A stretch of DNA of 64,000 nucleotides. Source: Felis catus (Eukaryota). Below are positions 34,910-48,446 of the stretch, in pieces. Position 1 is the stretch's first letter. Every line of letters starts with the position of its first letter. Location of the stretch: contig NC_058383.1 of assembly GCF_018350175.1 (NCBI RefSeq), forward strand, positions 5,086,001 through 5,150,000, written 5' to 3'. The position numbers and the translations under genes are program-made. A model generated the notes under the pieces. That model was not told the DNA's origin. It saw nothing but the letters and a program-made list of their open reading frames with translations, and made no database searches.

Positions 34910-35700
34910 GACATAGAATCTGAAGCAGGCTCCCAGCTGTCAGCACAGAGCCCGACACGGGGCTTGAACTCATAAACTGTGAGATCATGACCTGAGCCGA
35001 AGTCTGACACCAAACTGACTGAGCCACCCAGGCGCCCCTAATTTATTTTTTTAAACTTCATTATTTGGGGGGGTGCAGAGAGAGGGGGGAGAGAGAATCT
35101 CAAACAGGCTCTGCTCAGTGCAGAGCCCCATGTGGGGCTCGAACTCATGATCTCAGGACAGCAGGATCACTACCTGAGCCACTATCAAGAGTCGGACGCT
35201 TAACCGACTGAGCCACCTAGGTGCCCTGATTTATTGTTTTTAGGAACAGATTTTTCTTCTTTTCTCTTTTTTAATGTTTATTTATTTTTGAGAGAGAGAG
35301 AGAGAGCGCCCAAGTTGTGCGCACTTGTGGGAGAGGGGTAGAGAGAGAGGGAGACAGAATCCACAGCAGGCTCCAGGCTCTGAGCTGTCAGCACAGAGCC
35401 CGATGCAGGGCTTGAACTCACAGACCCGGAGATCATGACCTGAGCTGAAGTTGGACACTTAACTGACTGAGCCATCCAGGCGCCCCAGAAACCTAGATAT
35501 TTCAACTGGTTCTCTTGAGTTTTCCACTGATATGGTCATTTCCTTGGCAAGTGATAATTTTATCTCCTTTCCAGGCTGTATTCTCATGATTTTAGTCTCT
35601 CAATGGCATTAGCCTGTGACTTCTGTTTTTTGTTTTTTGTTTTTTTAAGTTTATTTATTTTGAGGGGCCGAGAGGAGCAGAGAGAGAGAAGGGAGAGAGC
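34802..35700 (-). mobile_element. CAN-SINE cluster: 34802-35038, 35040-35227, 35255-35486 and truncated tail 35625-35700
   Basis: Three heads ending cagg(c/t)gcccc or taggtgccc; repeat tttattgttttta at 34789 and 35230 brackets the first two. Confidence 0.9.
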
Positions 35701-35974
35701 CATGAGTTCTGTTTTGGAAGTGATCATTTTGAAATTCTAGTGAGCCCTCCATATGGAGATGTAGGCTTGGAGCTTAGGAGAGAGATAACAGGGAAAAATC
35801 GGGATTTGGAAGCCATTGAGTAAAGATGGTGGTTAAACTGGGAGCATATGTGTTTATGAAAGAAGAAAGGGCAGTGGGGAGAGGGGAGCGAGCTTCACAT
35901 GTTGCCATGGTTGATGGTGGTTGATGACAGAGACCACAGAGGAGAGTAGGGAGGAAGGGCTGGTTCCCCTGCCC

Positions 35975-36260
35975 TCACTTTTAAGTAGACCTTACTTTTT
36001 AGAGCACTTTTAAGTTCATGGCAAGAGTGGGCCCAAAGTGCAGAGGTTTCCTGTCTACTTCCTGTCCCCACCTGTCCCCTAGTGTGGACACCCCTCACGG
36101 CAGTGGTCCCCTTGCTACAAACCGTGAGCCTGCAGTGACGTGTCAGTATCACCCAAAGCCCATCGTCTACATCCAGGGTTCGGTCTTGGTGTCGTACGTT
36201 CAGTGGGTTTGACCAGATGGATGATGACACGTGTCCCACAGAATCGTGTCACTAAAGCAC
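35975..36260 (-). mobile_element. L1MC-like 3' UTR fragment
   Basis: ttttagagcacttttaagttcatggcaaga...atcacccaaagcccatcgtctacatccagggttc. Confidence 0.65.
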
Positions 36261-37594
36261 TTTCTTCTTAACTGATCTTTTGCTTACTCAGTGTGCTCTT
36301 CCCCATGCTTTAGTTCGAATTTCCTTGCTGAGCATGCTATTTTCATTAGTCTTTACGGAACTTTGTCGCGTTGTTAGTAGTCATTTCTCTTCAGCCCTTC
36401 AATTTTCCCCCCTCAGTCCTTTTCTTCTTTTTGAAAGAGAAGAATTTCTTCAGTGGAAATTGTTTGAACAGCCACCTGAAAGGTGGAATGAGGTTTGAAC
36501 GGGAGCCTGAGGGTTGTTCTTTGGGTTACAGATGAAGCAATTAAGTAGATTTGAAGATTCACAGCGCGGTTTTCATGGAAATGAACGTAAAAAGCAATTC
36601 ATTTAAAAAGGAAGCAACTGAGTCTTCATGGATGAGCGGCCTCTTGTTATTCTGGTGGGAACAGGTTCAGCAGACGTGTTCCTAGGTTTGAATGAGGGGA
36701 TTTGACAAAGTATAAAGTCTGTATCGGATGTTTCAGATGTATTTTCTTATGTTAGCATGAGAACCCTGGTGTGTCGGCCCCCAGCCGACTCGGTCCTCAC
36801 TGCTAACATCTCAGCCAGACCGACGGGCAGGCCCGTGTTCTAGCAACAGAGGACCAACATCAGGAGGGGAGCTAAATCCTCCCTTCTCTCTCAGGTTGGC
36901 CACTCTTGCTGTCCCTGGAGGTTGGCTGAGTCTGGAGACTTTGTATAGGAAGAAAGTGAGTTACGTTTGTAAGTGGTCAGGCTCCTGCGTAGAACACAGG
37001 AGTGGAACTTCCTAAGTGGCAGGAACTCCTGTGGGAATAAAAACCGTGTTTCCAGTGGAAACCAGAGAACAAGGTCGCCGACAGGTGGGTGCTGCTTCTG
37101 GCTACCGGCCTCGACCAAGGCTGCTTCCGGAGCCTCATTCGTGGGGACGTGGCGTGGGCTGTCCTTGGAAGAAGCCCGTTTGGAGTTCACACTGCGCCTG
37201 CAGCCCTGCTTGCGGGATCTGGCCCCACCTGTGTGTGCCTCCAGCCCCCAGGCAGGCCACCCAGCTCCAGCCTCTGCCCTTGGGCGGGGGGGGGGTGTGG
37301 AGGCCGCACTCCCTGAAGGGAACCGGAGGGTGCTGGCCCTGGAGCTCCTGTGCCACCCGTGGCTCCTCGGATCAGTTTTCTGAGCCGCTTCTCACCCAGT
37401 GTTCCTCCGCTTGCACACAAGCCTGCTCTGCGCTGTTGAGCAAAGAAACGTGTCGTCGTGTGTCTCCTCCCCCCTCCTCAGAGTAGCCAAAAGCTGGTCC
37501 TGGTTTTTCGACTACTGCCCTTGAGGCAGCTGTTTTGATTAACCTGTCTTTTATATGAAGCTTTGTTTGTGTTAAAGAGAACCTTCTTATTTAT

Positions 37595-37800
37595 TTATTC
37601 AAAATTTTTTATTAAAAAGTTTCTTTTAAATGTTAGAGGGAGAGGGGGCAGCCAGTGGGGGAAGGGCGGAGAGAGGGAGAGAGAGAATCCTAAGCTAGCA
37701 CAGAGCCTGACGTGGGGCTTGAACTCATGAACCGTGAGATCATGACCTGAGCCGACATCAGGAGTCGGATGCTTAACCGACCGAGCCACCCAGGCGCCCC
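37595..37800 (-). mobile_element. CAN-SINE
   Basis: Body and head ...gagccacccaggcgcccc. Confidence 0.9.
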
Positions 37801-39759
37801 TAGAGAGTCATCTTTTTTGAACAGTAGTGGGGGAGTTCAGTTTCAGTGTCCTCTTTGGTGCCACGCCCAGTAGCTGGTGGTCGTACCACCACTACTGTCA
37901 GAAGAACGGAGGCTGCAAGTTAATCCGAAGAAATGGTTATGTGCCATTAATGTAATCTCCAGAATTTCTCAACCCCTGTCTGTGTCGGCGTGGCATAGTT
38001 TAAGATTCCAAAGCTTAGGATTCATGCTTGGGAGGTAATCCTAGAGTATTTAGTTGAAAAAAGAAAGTTAAACTGGCCCCCTGGCCTGAAACCGTCCTCC
38101 CCACTCCCCCCACCAAAAAGTACCAGGAAGTCAGGTTTGCTGAGGCTCTTAGTCTTGGAGGCATTTTCCCCTGTGGAGGGATATCCTCAGCTGGCTGGGC
38201 AGGTCTGGTTTTTACGCGACAGCAAATCCTGTCTATACAGACATCTCAAAATTGCTTTAAACAGTGGTAGATTTGTACATCCCGACCTTTACTCGTTTTC
38301 CTTAATGCGAGGCTTTATTTTTGGTGGTACAGAGGGGTGGAGGGAAAAAAGCAGGAAGCTTCACGCCCCATTGGGGCTGGTCTGCCTGATGGCCGTACTG
38401 GATTTCCGGAGATGAAGACGCTATGTAAATTAGCCACCAGCTCTTGTGTTACTGTGTCCCTGACACGTGGCGTTTTATTTTTTGTTTCAACGTAGTGCCT
38501 GTGAAGTGACTACCACGTGTAAGAAAGAGCCCGTGGTGGGTTTCTGAGACCTAGGGAATGACCCACGGTGGCTCTCCAGCAGCGTAGTGGGGAAGATGGA
38601 AATAGCTCGTGAGACGAGGGGCACGGGGGCAAGTGCAAGGCCGTTGTCAAGCAGAGAGCAGGTGACGCTGAAGTCCATAAGAAGACACCGTTCTGACCCG
38701 TATCAGGGCACACGTCGTGGGACAAGCGGTGATGGAGCCGTAAAGCGTGAGAGGTTGTCCGCAGGTGGGGAGGGGACACATACGTGGCGGAGAAGCGTGA
38801 TGTACTCAGGGAGCGGACATTCGGCGTGGCTGCTGGTTTGGTGGGAGAGCCAGTTGGAAAGCTCACCAAGGATGTGATGAGAGATGCTTGAATGATGCGT
38901 CCGAGGCTCTCAGTTTTTTCTGAGTAAGTGGTGAAGAACCATGGATAATGGGGCGACCTTCCTCACCGGCGTGGACCACGTCCCTCATTTTTCAACAAAT
39001 CCTGCCAGCCCTCTCATTCCTGATTATTAAGAAGTCCGCTGACTGTTTCAGGATGACTCTTTGTGAGCTAGGAATTGCCCCGGAGAACTCCAAGGATTCC
39101 TGAAATCCCAAGGGTTAGTGGGATTCGGCCCCGTGCTGTGAGAACAGAGAGTTACAGCTCCGTCGGTCAGCACTCTTGCTCTCCGTTGTTCTTCCCTAAG
39201 CACACCTGCCTGGCAGGCTACCTGGGTCCCCAGGGGCTTCCAGTCTTCCGTACAAGCTGTGCGGAAAACCAGCCCTTGCCTCGAGCATCCGGGCCTCCAT
39301 GTGGAGCCTGAGTCACCTGTGGTGACATCCTCTTGGGGGCTTTGGCATCCTTGCTTGCCAGCAGACCTCGGTTGGGGACCAAGGTTCCCTTGAACTTCCA
39401 CCAGGAAAGAATGAGGGTCTGTCTCCCCCTCCTTCCTAGAGACTTCTCGGCCCAGATGCACGTTTGACAAGTGGGTTTTGAGTTATTAGGAAGGCAACCC
39501 TCAGCCAGAACCTGGAACATACTTGAGTTTTTTTTTTTTTTTCTTCTTCCCCAGGGCCCTGGGTTCCTACAGGCCTGATAGTTGCCTAGCTACCAGAGGG
39601 CTGGCTCCCAGAACCCTCCCTGTTACCAGATCTCGGTGGCCTCTAGAACACGTACGTGCTGCCTCACGAGAAGAGGTTCTCGCTACACCTGACAAAGGTT
39701 GCTGCCTGGGGCTCTGTGCTCAGGGAGGTGACTTTGTCGGCCCTGTGATGGAGAAAGAT

Positions 39760-40460
39760 AACTCTGTAGTATAAAGGCTGGATTACTGATAAGGTTTTGA
39801 CCTAGGGTAGAAGCCCGGGCTACAGATGTAGAGATGGGCACACTGTATTAGAACAAACTCCTTACTGAGGCAGAATTGGTAGGATTTGGTGACCTCTTGG
39901 GGATAAGTCAAAGCAAATCTGCAGCGTGTCTAATGCGGTTTATTAGCAAGGCTTGAATCGAGGCATGCAGTTGAACAATGTGTAGGGGATAAGATGATGG
40001 GTTAATTTTTGGACCTGTTGATGTATCCATGCATCATCTGGTGAAGGCGTCCGGTGGGCAGTTGGATATACCAGAGGAGTCGACAGCTAGGAGACGAACG
40101 AGATAGTCACAGCGTGGGGATAACCAAGAGCAGTGGAGGGTGAGGAAAGTGGATTTCAGGGAGCAGTAATATTTAAGGGAGTTGGGAAGGAGGAGGATTC
40201 CTGGGTGAGGTACCAGGAGACTGAGACAGAATGGACTAGGGAAGGGAAAGACCCTGGGACATGGGCCTCGAGTGGCCGGAGATGTAGTGTGGCAGGGAGG
40301 TAGGCAGGGGGTCGGGAGGGCCAGACCCCGCAGCTGACGGTGGACATCCTGAAGCAGACCCACCGCTTGGGGGTTTTGGTTGCAAATCACTGCAAGTGAG
40401 TAGCTCGTTTAAGCGCATAAGGACATCATTGGAAAGATACAGGGGAAGTCACAGACGTCT
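39760..40460 (-). mobile_element. L2 fragment
   Basis: gggttaatttttggacctgttgatg...ggtgggcagttggatatacc...cagtaatatttaaggga resembles antisense L2. Confidence 0.5.
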
Positions 40461-42199
40461 GGACCTCTGGAGAGCCAGAGAACTGACCGCAGCTGAAGGA
40501 AGCTGGGCAGTTGGAGCCACAGGCCCGGCCAGGCCATGTGCTCAGCGTGGTTTAGGTTGTCCCTCAGCCGCCATCCATATGGCGAGATGGAGGCCTCAGG
40601 CCAGGATCCCTATGCCCTTAAACTGTCCTGTGAGCTCCTCCCTCTTGGTTTGATCACGTGGCAGTTTTCCAGTTAGAAGTGGGCTCCACGCTTGGAAGAA
40701 AGTGAGACGGTCCTGTTAATTTCTGGTGTTCTTGTACCTGTGACCAGTTCTTTGAGAGTGCAGTAGTGTGCACTTGAGGACCACCTGTGTTTGGCGGCTG
40801 TATTTCTTACTGAAATTGATAAAGGGGCGTGCCGATTCGAAACACGGGTGTCGAGAGCATGGTTAACGTGAATGAGTGACTACCCGAGGGATGGGTCTGC
40901 TCCAGGTATCTGAGCAAGCCTTGCTTTGGGGCTTGCAGAGGCCGTCTGCGTGAAGCTCCTTGGGAGACCACGCTGGGCTCCTCTCCCTGACAGACGCTGT
41001 CGGGACGTCGCGTGAGCTGTGAGCAGGTGTCTGACTTCCTGCAGAGCTTTGGGTCTTGGGGTTCATCCTGTTCCCCGCGCCTGGATGCCCCATCTCCCTG
41101 ACCCCTCCTCCTCAGCCTCAGGGTGTCCACGTGAGTGTTGCCTCCTTATTAGCCTTCCCAAACCCTCAGTCTGAGTTCTCTGTTACTCTCTCTTTCCCCT
41201 CGTAGAACTTCTGGGGTGTTTTATACTAACAACCGTGTGTATATGGAAATGCAGTCTTTCCATTTTGCTGGACGGAAGGCTTAAGCTGGGCAGAGCTTTC
41301 TGGTTTATTCGTTCACCACGCATCGCCCCTGCTGCGGGGCACCGAGCCTGCGACCGAGCAGGTCTTCAGCGTATTTGGTAAATGAAAACACGTCCAGGGT
41401 GTGGTTGGTACAGTTGGCAGGGGGGCAGGCGTACAGGACCCCAAGGAGGCGCGGGGCCCCTGCAGGGGAGCGTGGAGACCCTGCCAGGAAGGCTGTGAGG
41501 GAAGCAGGTGATGGAGCCGTGACATGGTGGGCGATAACTTGTAGCCAGAGTCATCGTTTAGTTCTAGATGGGAGTAGACGTGTGGGTTGTTTTTGTTTTT
41601 GTTTTTTTTCTTTTTTTTTTACCTGATTGAAAAAATAAAGGCTATAACATTTTTTAGAAAATGACAAAGAGGAGAGTTAAAATCACCTATAATTCCACCG
41701 GTGTCCCATTTTGGTTTGTGAAACTTGGCTTTTCTGTGAGTGAATATGTACATTTTTCAAAACACAAACAGGATTCTGTATGTTCGCGCCCTTTCCGTTT
41801 CCACACGTGGGTGCTGAGTGGCCGTGTGGTGCCGCGTGGCACGAGTGTGCACGCCTTGTGGCCACCACACTTCTGCGTGGAAATTGCACTGGGTGTGAGG
41901 AGCCGTCTTTCTGTCGTGACTTCTGTCCTCCCAGACACGCAGCTTTCCTTCACTCAGGTGGCTAATGGAGTAGAGGGGGAATTGGGGTTCCAAGTTCTTA
42001 TTTTTGACTAGTTCTATCTCTGTGTGTGTGTGTGGGGGGGGGGTCTGTTTGCCTAAGTCATTGGATTCTCTCCATGGATCCAAGGAGACCCCCCAAAAGG
42101 TCATTCCTAACCCCCTGGGTACAATGGGTATTTTTAGCTTTCGGTGCCTGAGGCTCCCCTTTAAGAAGGAAAAACTGCTCCTTGCGAGTTTCTAGGTGA

Positions 42200-42460
42200 A
42201 GGATGTTAATAGTAATTGTAATAACAGTAACAGCGGCAACAGCGCTCCTAGTTCCCAGTTGCTAATCCTCTCCTGTGTGCCAAATGTTGCACTAGGCGCT
42301 TTGCATTTGGAACATTAGCTCATTTGTAACTCTTAAAAGAATCCTTGAGGTACACACCATGAGCCCCTGTGGTTCAGGTGAGAAACTGAGGCTTAACTAG
42401 ACTAAATAGTTTGTACAAGGCTTACAAGGGTGGAGTTGGGCCGTGGACCCACAGTTGGCT
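42200..42460 (-). mobile_element. MIR
   Basis: tgtgccaaatgttgcactaggcgctttgcat...caggtgagaaactgaggcttaa. Confidence 0.65.
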
Positions 42461-42494
42461 GTTCTGGGGGTCTTCCTTGGCGACACTGTGTTTT

Positions 42495-42673
42495 ATCTTT
42501 ATTTTGTTTTTTTTTTTTAAGTTTGTTTATTTAGAGAGAGCGCGTGCGCACAGAGAAAGAGGGAGAATCCCAAGCAGGGTCTGCGCTGTCAGGAAGGAGC
42601 CCCATGAGGAGCTTGAACTCACCAACAGTGAGAGTGTAACCTGAGCCGTTAGCCGACTGAGCCACTCAGCACC
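42495..42673 (-). mobile_element. Degenerate CAN-SINE
   Basis: gagaatcccaagcagggtctgcgctgtcag...gactgagccactcagcaccc. Confidence 0.75.
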
Positions 42674-45525
42674 CTCCACCCCCACGGCAACACTGCATTT
42701 TAAAAGTAGAAATGTTGTATCATTGTTTGGATCACATAGAAAATTCAGATGTAACTGCTTTTATGTATTTGGCTGTGGATCCTGGCGCACGGGAGAAGCA
42801 AGGCAGGGTAGTTGGGTGCTCTTCCTGACTTTAATGACTGTATTTCCTTCTTGGGTTTCCCTACACTTTCCTTGGCTAATTCAGGTTTTACCTTCTGTTC
42901 CTCTGTTTTACTCTGTTGCTGGACAGCTGTTAAACATCTGTTACCCTGCTCTGACAACGTGTGGTCAATGTGTGCGTAGACAGTGGCCCTCTGTGTCCTG
43001 TGTGTGCGCGCTCCAGGAGCCTTCAGAGTGCAGGGGCTCGCTCGGCACCGTTTTCCTGTCACTGTGTCCTCAGGGCCTCACCAGTTACCAGTGAAGATGT
43101 CTCACAAAATTAGGTACTTCTCCCATCGAAGGAATGAAGGGCAAGAAGAAGATACGACAGAGTGGAAGGAGGAAGTCTCCTGTAAAGGAAAAGGGTGCAT
43201 TTTACATTTTCAAAAATAGAGTGTTCTCGGGGGTGAGGGAATCCTTTTGTGGATCTGGATGGTGGTGGGAGGGCACTTCTCAGAGGGAAACAGCCCGGAT
43301 TTCCAAAAGCTAAATGTTAAAGTTGAGCATGGTTTGGTTGCAGACAAGAAGTTCTCCCGCCTCCTCCACTTGCTTAAAACCGTTCATTTTTTATTTTTAA
43401 GGTCATCGGGTGGGGGTGGGGGTGGGGGGACCTCTTTGCTACCAGCCTAGCTCTTTGAGTGTGGCCTGACCCCTGAGTCTTACCCTCCCACATGAACTTG
43501 AGAACTTGATTCTTTTCTTACAAAGACTTCTTTCCAACCCCTTCCCTCCCTCCAAAATACCCCATATTGGGAGCCAAGTGTTTTGAACAGAGCCTGGCTA
43601 GAGGGCACGTTGAGTATGTTCTTCTGGCCCATGGATATGGAAAAATAGAAGCTTTAAAGCAAATGTATAATAAAAAGGGAAGTGTCCCCCCAAGCCAGGG
43701 ACACACTCTTTTCCCTCGTGAATGTGCTGTGTGGCCTGCGGTCCTCCACGTGCCTCTTTGCAACTGGACAGAAGGTGGTCGGCCGTGGTTGAGATCACAG
43801 GCAGACGTGGGGGATCCCGAAGACGGTTTCTTGGACCGCGCTTTCGGGGGCCTCGTGTCAGCGGAGTTGAACGTTTGAGGAGGGACCCCATGTGAGGGAG
43901 AGCTTCATTATTTCACATTCACATTTTCACATTCATTACTAACAAAGTTTGTACACAGGAGAACCTCAGTCAGGATGGACCCGAGCAGGTATCTGTTGGT
44001 TGCAGGAATCTCCCCTGCCTTCCACGCGTTCGTGATTAGAGAAACGTGCCCAGAGCACAGAGCGGTGCTCTTGAAGCATTCTCTAGAAAGTTAGGTAGAA
44101 CTTGTGTGCTTGGCGTCACCTGAGGTCCGGCAAGGTTACTAGTTTGCATTCACTCTGGGATTTTCTGCTTGAGAAATTGTATTGAAATTCCGCGGGGTAT
44201 TTTCAGCGAAGTTCACAGGCTCTTGTTGACTTAGAAGACCTGCGAAGAATTTGACGGCCCATTTGGGTGGAGGAATACAGGTCCGCTAATTATTACAAGC
44301 CTGGCTGATGTAAATGCTTCTTCCCTTCGGTTTCCTAAACCAGAGCCCCAACCGAGGTTCTCCCCGGGCTTGGAAAACGTGCCAAGCTTCTTGCATCGAA
44401 CGGGACCCGTGATGGGGGGCTTCCTCACTGGTCCCGTCTTGAGTGGGAGTGCTTCCAGGTCTGATGGTTGTCGGCCCTTTCTGCCAGAGATCCTTCAGTG
44501 AGGTTCAGAAAGCTTCTTTGCTTAGTTTACTGGATTTTTTTTTTTTTTTTAATAAGAGGCTGCTGAATTTTATCAAATGCTATTTTCCCATCTACTCAGA
44601 TGGTCATGTGTTTTTCATTAGGAGCCTTTCTGTCCTGTTTGACTTTTTATTTTTAAACCATTTGCACATAGTATATCCACTGACTCCAGGTTTAGGACTC
44701 CTTTAAGACGCTAACTTTACAGCAGTGTTTCCTTACGTGTTTCTCCTTTGCTCTGTTCCTATCTGCTTTGTGTTTTGTAACAATTTCTACTTTTCCAGGC
44801 AGTTAGTGATTGGTTTGTTTGTTTTAAAGCCTGTCCTGTCATTCCCTGGGTTTAGGGGAGAGTGAGGGCACACCCATGTGCTAACCAGGCTCAGGGACCC
44901 TCCAATGTCCGCCTGCCGTGCGTGGGCAGCTCGTGCTGCGTGGGAACTGACATGTTCTCGTGACCTTCGAGACGACCCATTGCCTTTACTTGGAGATCCC
45001 GACTGCGAATCAGAGTTTGGAATTGCGTTATAAAGCCTGACAACTCAGCCTGAAATGTCAAGAGAAACTAGAAGGTTCCTAGAACCTCAGCCATGGAGGA
45101 GCTGAAGGAATCTCCGGTGGGCTTTCCAGGCCAGACTGCTGACCCCACCGTCCTTCCTGGACTGCGAGATAAAAACCACATGGATTCCACCCTGCTTTGC
45201 CCCAAAATAGCGCTCCCCTGCTTCCCCACCCCCAGTGAACGCACATTCCTCGAGCATCCACCTCTCAGATGTTTGTGAACGGGAAGGAGAACGCCAGATG
45301 TTGTACAGCTGTATCCAGTCAGTCTGCTTCAGACGGGACCTGGTTCACACTTGGAGGCAGGAATGAGGACAGGCCCACGGCGCCCTCTAGGCGAGGTTCT
45401 TGGGGAGTGTTGCTTGCGGGTGTGGGCGGAAGGCAGGTGCGGGAGGAGCTCTGGGTCTTGAGCGGGAGACCTGTCCCATTCTTCCAGCTTAAGCAGAAGC
45501 CAGGCACAGGTACATCGCCTTTTTT

Positions 45526-45537
45526 ATTTTTTTATTT

Positions 45538-45581
<44 letters not shown>

Positions 45582-45595
45582 TTATTATTTTTTTT
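45526..45595. repeat. (TTA)n/(TTTA)n microsatellite flanked by a 15-bp direct repeat
   Basis: tacatcgcctttttt at 45511-45525 and 45596-45610. Confidence 0.9.
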
Positions 45596-45734
45596 TACAT
45601 CGCCTTTTTTAGATGTAGCCTCTTTGCCTGAGGTTTTCCAGGCTAGTGACACAGCTTGATGTTCTGGGCCACCAGGGACGAACATTTCAAATCCGGTTTT
45701 CTTGGTTTAGAGACAAAATTACCGTTTCCTCCCT

Positions 45735-45860
45735 TTTTTCAAAAAATGCTTATTTATTTTGAGAGAACACGTGTGAGCTGAGGAGGGCAGACAGAGCCCC
45801 ACTCAGCCGGAGTCAAGATCAAGGGTCTGACGCTTAACTGATTGAGCCCCCAAGGTGCCC
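45735..45860 (-). mobile_element. Internally deleted CAN-SINE
   Basis: Tail and head present, middle missing. Confidence 0.7.
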
Positions 45861-46366
45861 CTCCTCCCTTTTGAAGAATTAATAATTTCAGCATAAACTG
45901 TCTCCACCTTTAATTTTTTGGCAAGCTTCAGGGTAGCCTTATATGGACAATATTTATCCCATAGCTTGAGCTTTGTACCCAGAGCAATTCCTGTGAACGC
46001 TTCGTTGGGTATGTGATAGTACATATGTACACATCTCATCGGACGATATCACATAAATAATCTTGTAATTGAGACTTTATTAACATTAGACCTTTAATTC
46101 AATATACGATAGGCTGACCATTGGTTTAGAATTTGGTTTGGGGCCCTCATTGTGTGCTGCATATGCTAGGTTTTCTACTTCTGTTGGACTGCACAGAAAG
46201 TGCCAATGAAAAACAGGCATCTGATGGCAGAGTGGGGAAGCAAGGATCCCAGATGCTAGGGTTCCAAAACAGAAAGACTAACTGAAAACCTTATTTTTCT
46301 CTAACAGCTCTATCGAGACACAATTCATATCCCATTAGATTTACCCACTTACTTTTTATTTCTATT

Positions 46367-46810
46367 AAAAAAATTTTTTTTAACGTTTATTTTTGAGACA
46401 GATGGAGACAGAGCATGAACGGGGGAGGGTCAGGGAGAGAGGAAGACACAGAATCTGAAACAGGCTCCAGGCTCTGAGCCATCAGCACAGAGCCTGATGC
46501 GGGGCTTGAACTCACAAACTGCGAGATCATGACCTGAGCCGAAGTTGGACGCTAAACCGACTGAGCCACCCAGGCGCCCCACTTTTTATTTCTATTTAAA
46601 AAATTTTTTAATGTTTATTTTTGAGAAAGAGAGAGAGAGAATGTGAGTCAGGGAGAGGGGCAGAGAGAGGGGGAGACACAGAATCCAAAGCAGGCTCCAG
46701 GCTCTGAGCTGTCAGCACAGAGCCTGACATGGGGCTCAAACCCATAAACTGTGAAATTATGACCTGAGCTGAAGTCGGTCACTTAACCGACTGAGCCACC
46801 CACGCGTCCC
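46367..46810 (-). mobile_element. Two nested CAN-SINEs (46367-46580 inserted into the tail of 46597-46810)
   Basis: 16-bp TSD actttttatttctatt at 46351-46366 and 46581-46596. Confidence 0.92.
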
Positions 46811-47778
46811 TAAAATTCACCCATTTAAGGTGTACAGTTCAGTGACTTCTAATAAATTTACTGAGTTGTACAGTCCTCACCTAGTCAATTTTGGGACCTT
46901 TCCATCACCCTGAGAAGATCCCTTATAACTGGTGGCAGTCAGTCTTTGCACTGAGCCCCAACCAACACTACTCTGCTTTCTGCCCCTAGAGATTTGCCTT
47001 TTCTGGACATTTAGCTTGTGTGGAATCCTACAGTATGTGGTCTTTTGCATCTGACTTTACTTATCATCATGTTTTCAAGGTTCGTATATGTGGTAGTAGG
47101 TATTAGTAGTTCTCCCCCCCCCCCCCCCCCCCAAATAATTTCCACTGTGTGTGTATACCACAACCTGCGAATCCATTCATCCATCGATGGGTATTTGGGT
47201 TGTCTCCACCTTTTGTCTATTGCAAATAGTGCTCCTGTGAACGTATTGAATTCCTGTTTTCAGCTCTTTTGGGTACATACCTAGTAGAACTCCTGGGTCC
47301 TTTGGTAATTTTTTGTTTGACTTTTTGAGAAATTGGTAAACCATTTTCCAGGGTAGCTGAACCACTTTATATTCCTCCTGGCAGTGTATGAAGGTTCCAG
47401 TTTCTCCACATCTTTGCCAACACTTATTAGTATCTTTAATTAAAAAAATAGTATAGCCCCCCACCCCACCCCCAATTATTACAGCCAAATCCTGGTTGGT
47501 ATGAAGCATGGTCTCATTGTGGTTTTGATTTACATTTCCTAATGACTAATGATGCTGAGCATCTTTTCATGTGCTTATTGGGTATTTGCATATCTTCTTT
47601 GGAAAAATGTTTAGGTGCTTTGAATTTTTAAATTGGGTTGTTGGCTGTTGAGTTGTAAGAGTTCTTTATGTGTTTCGGATACTAGACCCTTATCAGATGC
47701 ATGATTTGCATTTTCTCTCCTTCTGTAGATTGTCTTTTCACTTTCTTGGTAATGTTAATTGCACAAGTTTTTAATTCT

Positions 47779-47972
47779 GGGGACACCTGGGTGGCTTAGT
47801 CAGTTAAGCATCTGACTCTTGATTTCGGTTCAGCTCATGATTACATGGTGCGTGAGTTTGAGCCCCACGTTGGACTCCATGCTGACAGCACAGAGCCTGC
47901 TTGGGATTCTCTCTCCTTTCTCTGCCTCTCCCTCGCTCACTCTCAAAAAAATAAGAAATAAACTTAAAAAAA
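47779..47972 (+). mobile_element. CAN-SINE
   Basis: Head ggggacacctgggtggcttagtc; TSD aag(t/c)ttttaatt. Confidence 0.9.
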
Positions 47973-48446
47973 AGCTTTTAATTTTGATGAAGTCCAATTT
48001 ACATATTTATTTCTTTTGTTGCTTGTGCTTTGGGCGTGATATCTAGGAGTGCATTGCCAAATTCAGGGTCATGGAGATGTACCCTTATGTTTTTTTCTAA
48101 GAGTTTTATGGTTTTAGCACTTACATTTAGCTCATTAATCCACTTGGAGTTAATTTTTATGGTAGAGGTAGGGGTTCAACTTCATTCTCTTGTATGTAGA
48201 TGCCCAATTGTCCCAGCACCCTTGGTTGAAGAGGCTATTCTTTTAAATATTTTTTATACATGGTTCTGTTTTTAGGCTCTGTCTTCTGTTCCCCTGACCT
48301 TTTAATCTATTTTTGTACCAGTACCACACTCTTGTTGTTATCACTGCTTCAATACATTTTAGTCTATGCCTCCCGACTCAAGCCTGTTCTTGTATTCACA
48401 TCATCTCTATATTTAAGAAGCAGAGTGCAAGTGCAGACTACTCTTT

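Larger units (their letters stand above)
46290..48340 (-). mobile_element. L1MB-like element (3' UTR to ORF2) interrupted by three CAN-SINEs
   Basis: Minus-strand ORF 47177-47509 resembles decayed ORF2 C-terminus (NKCWQRCGETGTFIHC...VQLPWK...FLKK...LLGMYPKELKT). Confidence 0.8.

Noticed and set aside
36891..37486. Cluster of 70-156-aa ORFs in GC-rich intronic sequence (similar clusters at 19625-20157, 26644-27146 and 31143-31991)
   Set aside because: No recognisable domain, no convincing splice architecture, and overlapping ORFs on both strands, all typical of GC-rich non-coding DNA.
37870..37895. Small hairpin gtagctggtggt-cgt-accaccactac
   Set aside because: Too short for a pre-miRNA or snoRNA, with no box motifs; compatible with chance.
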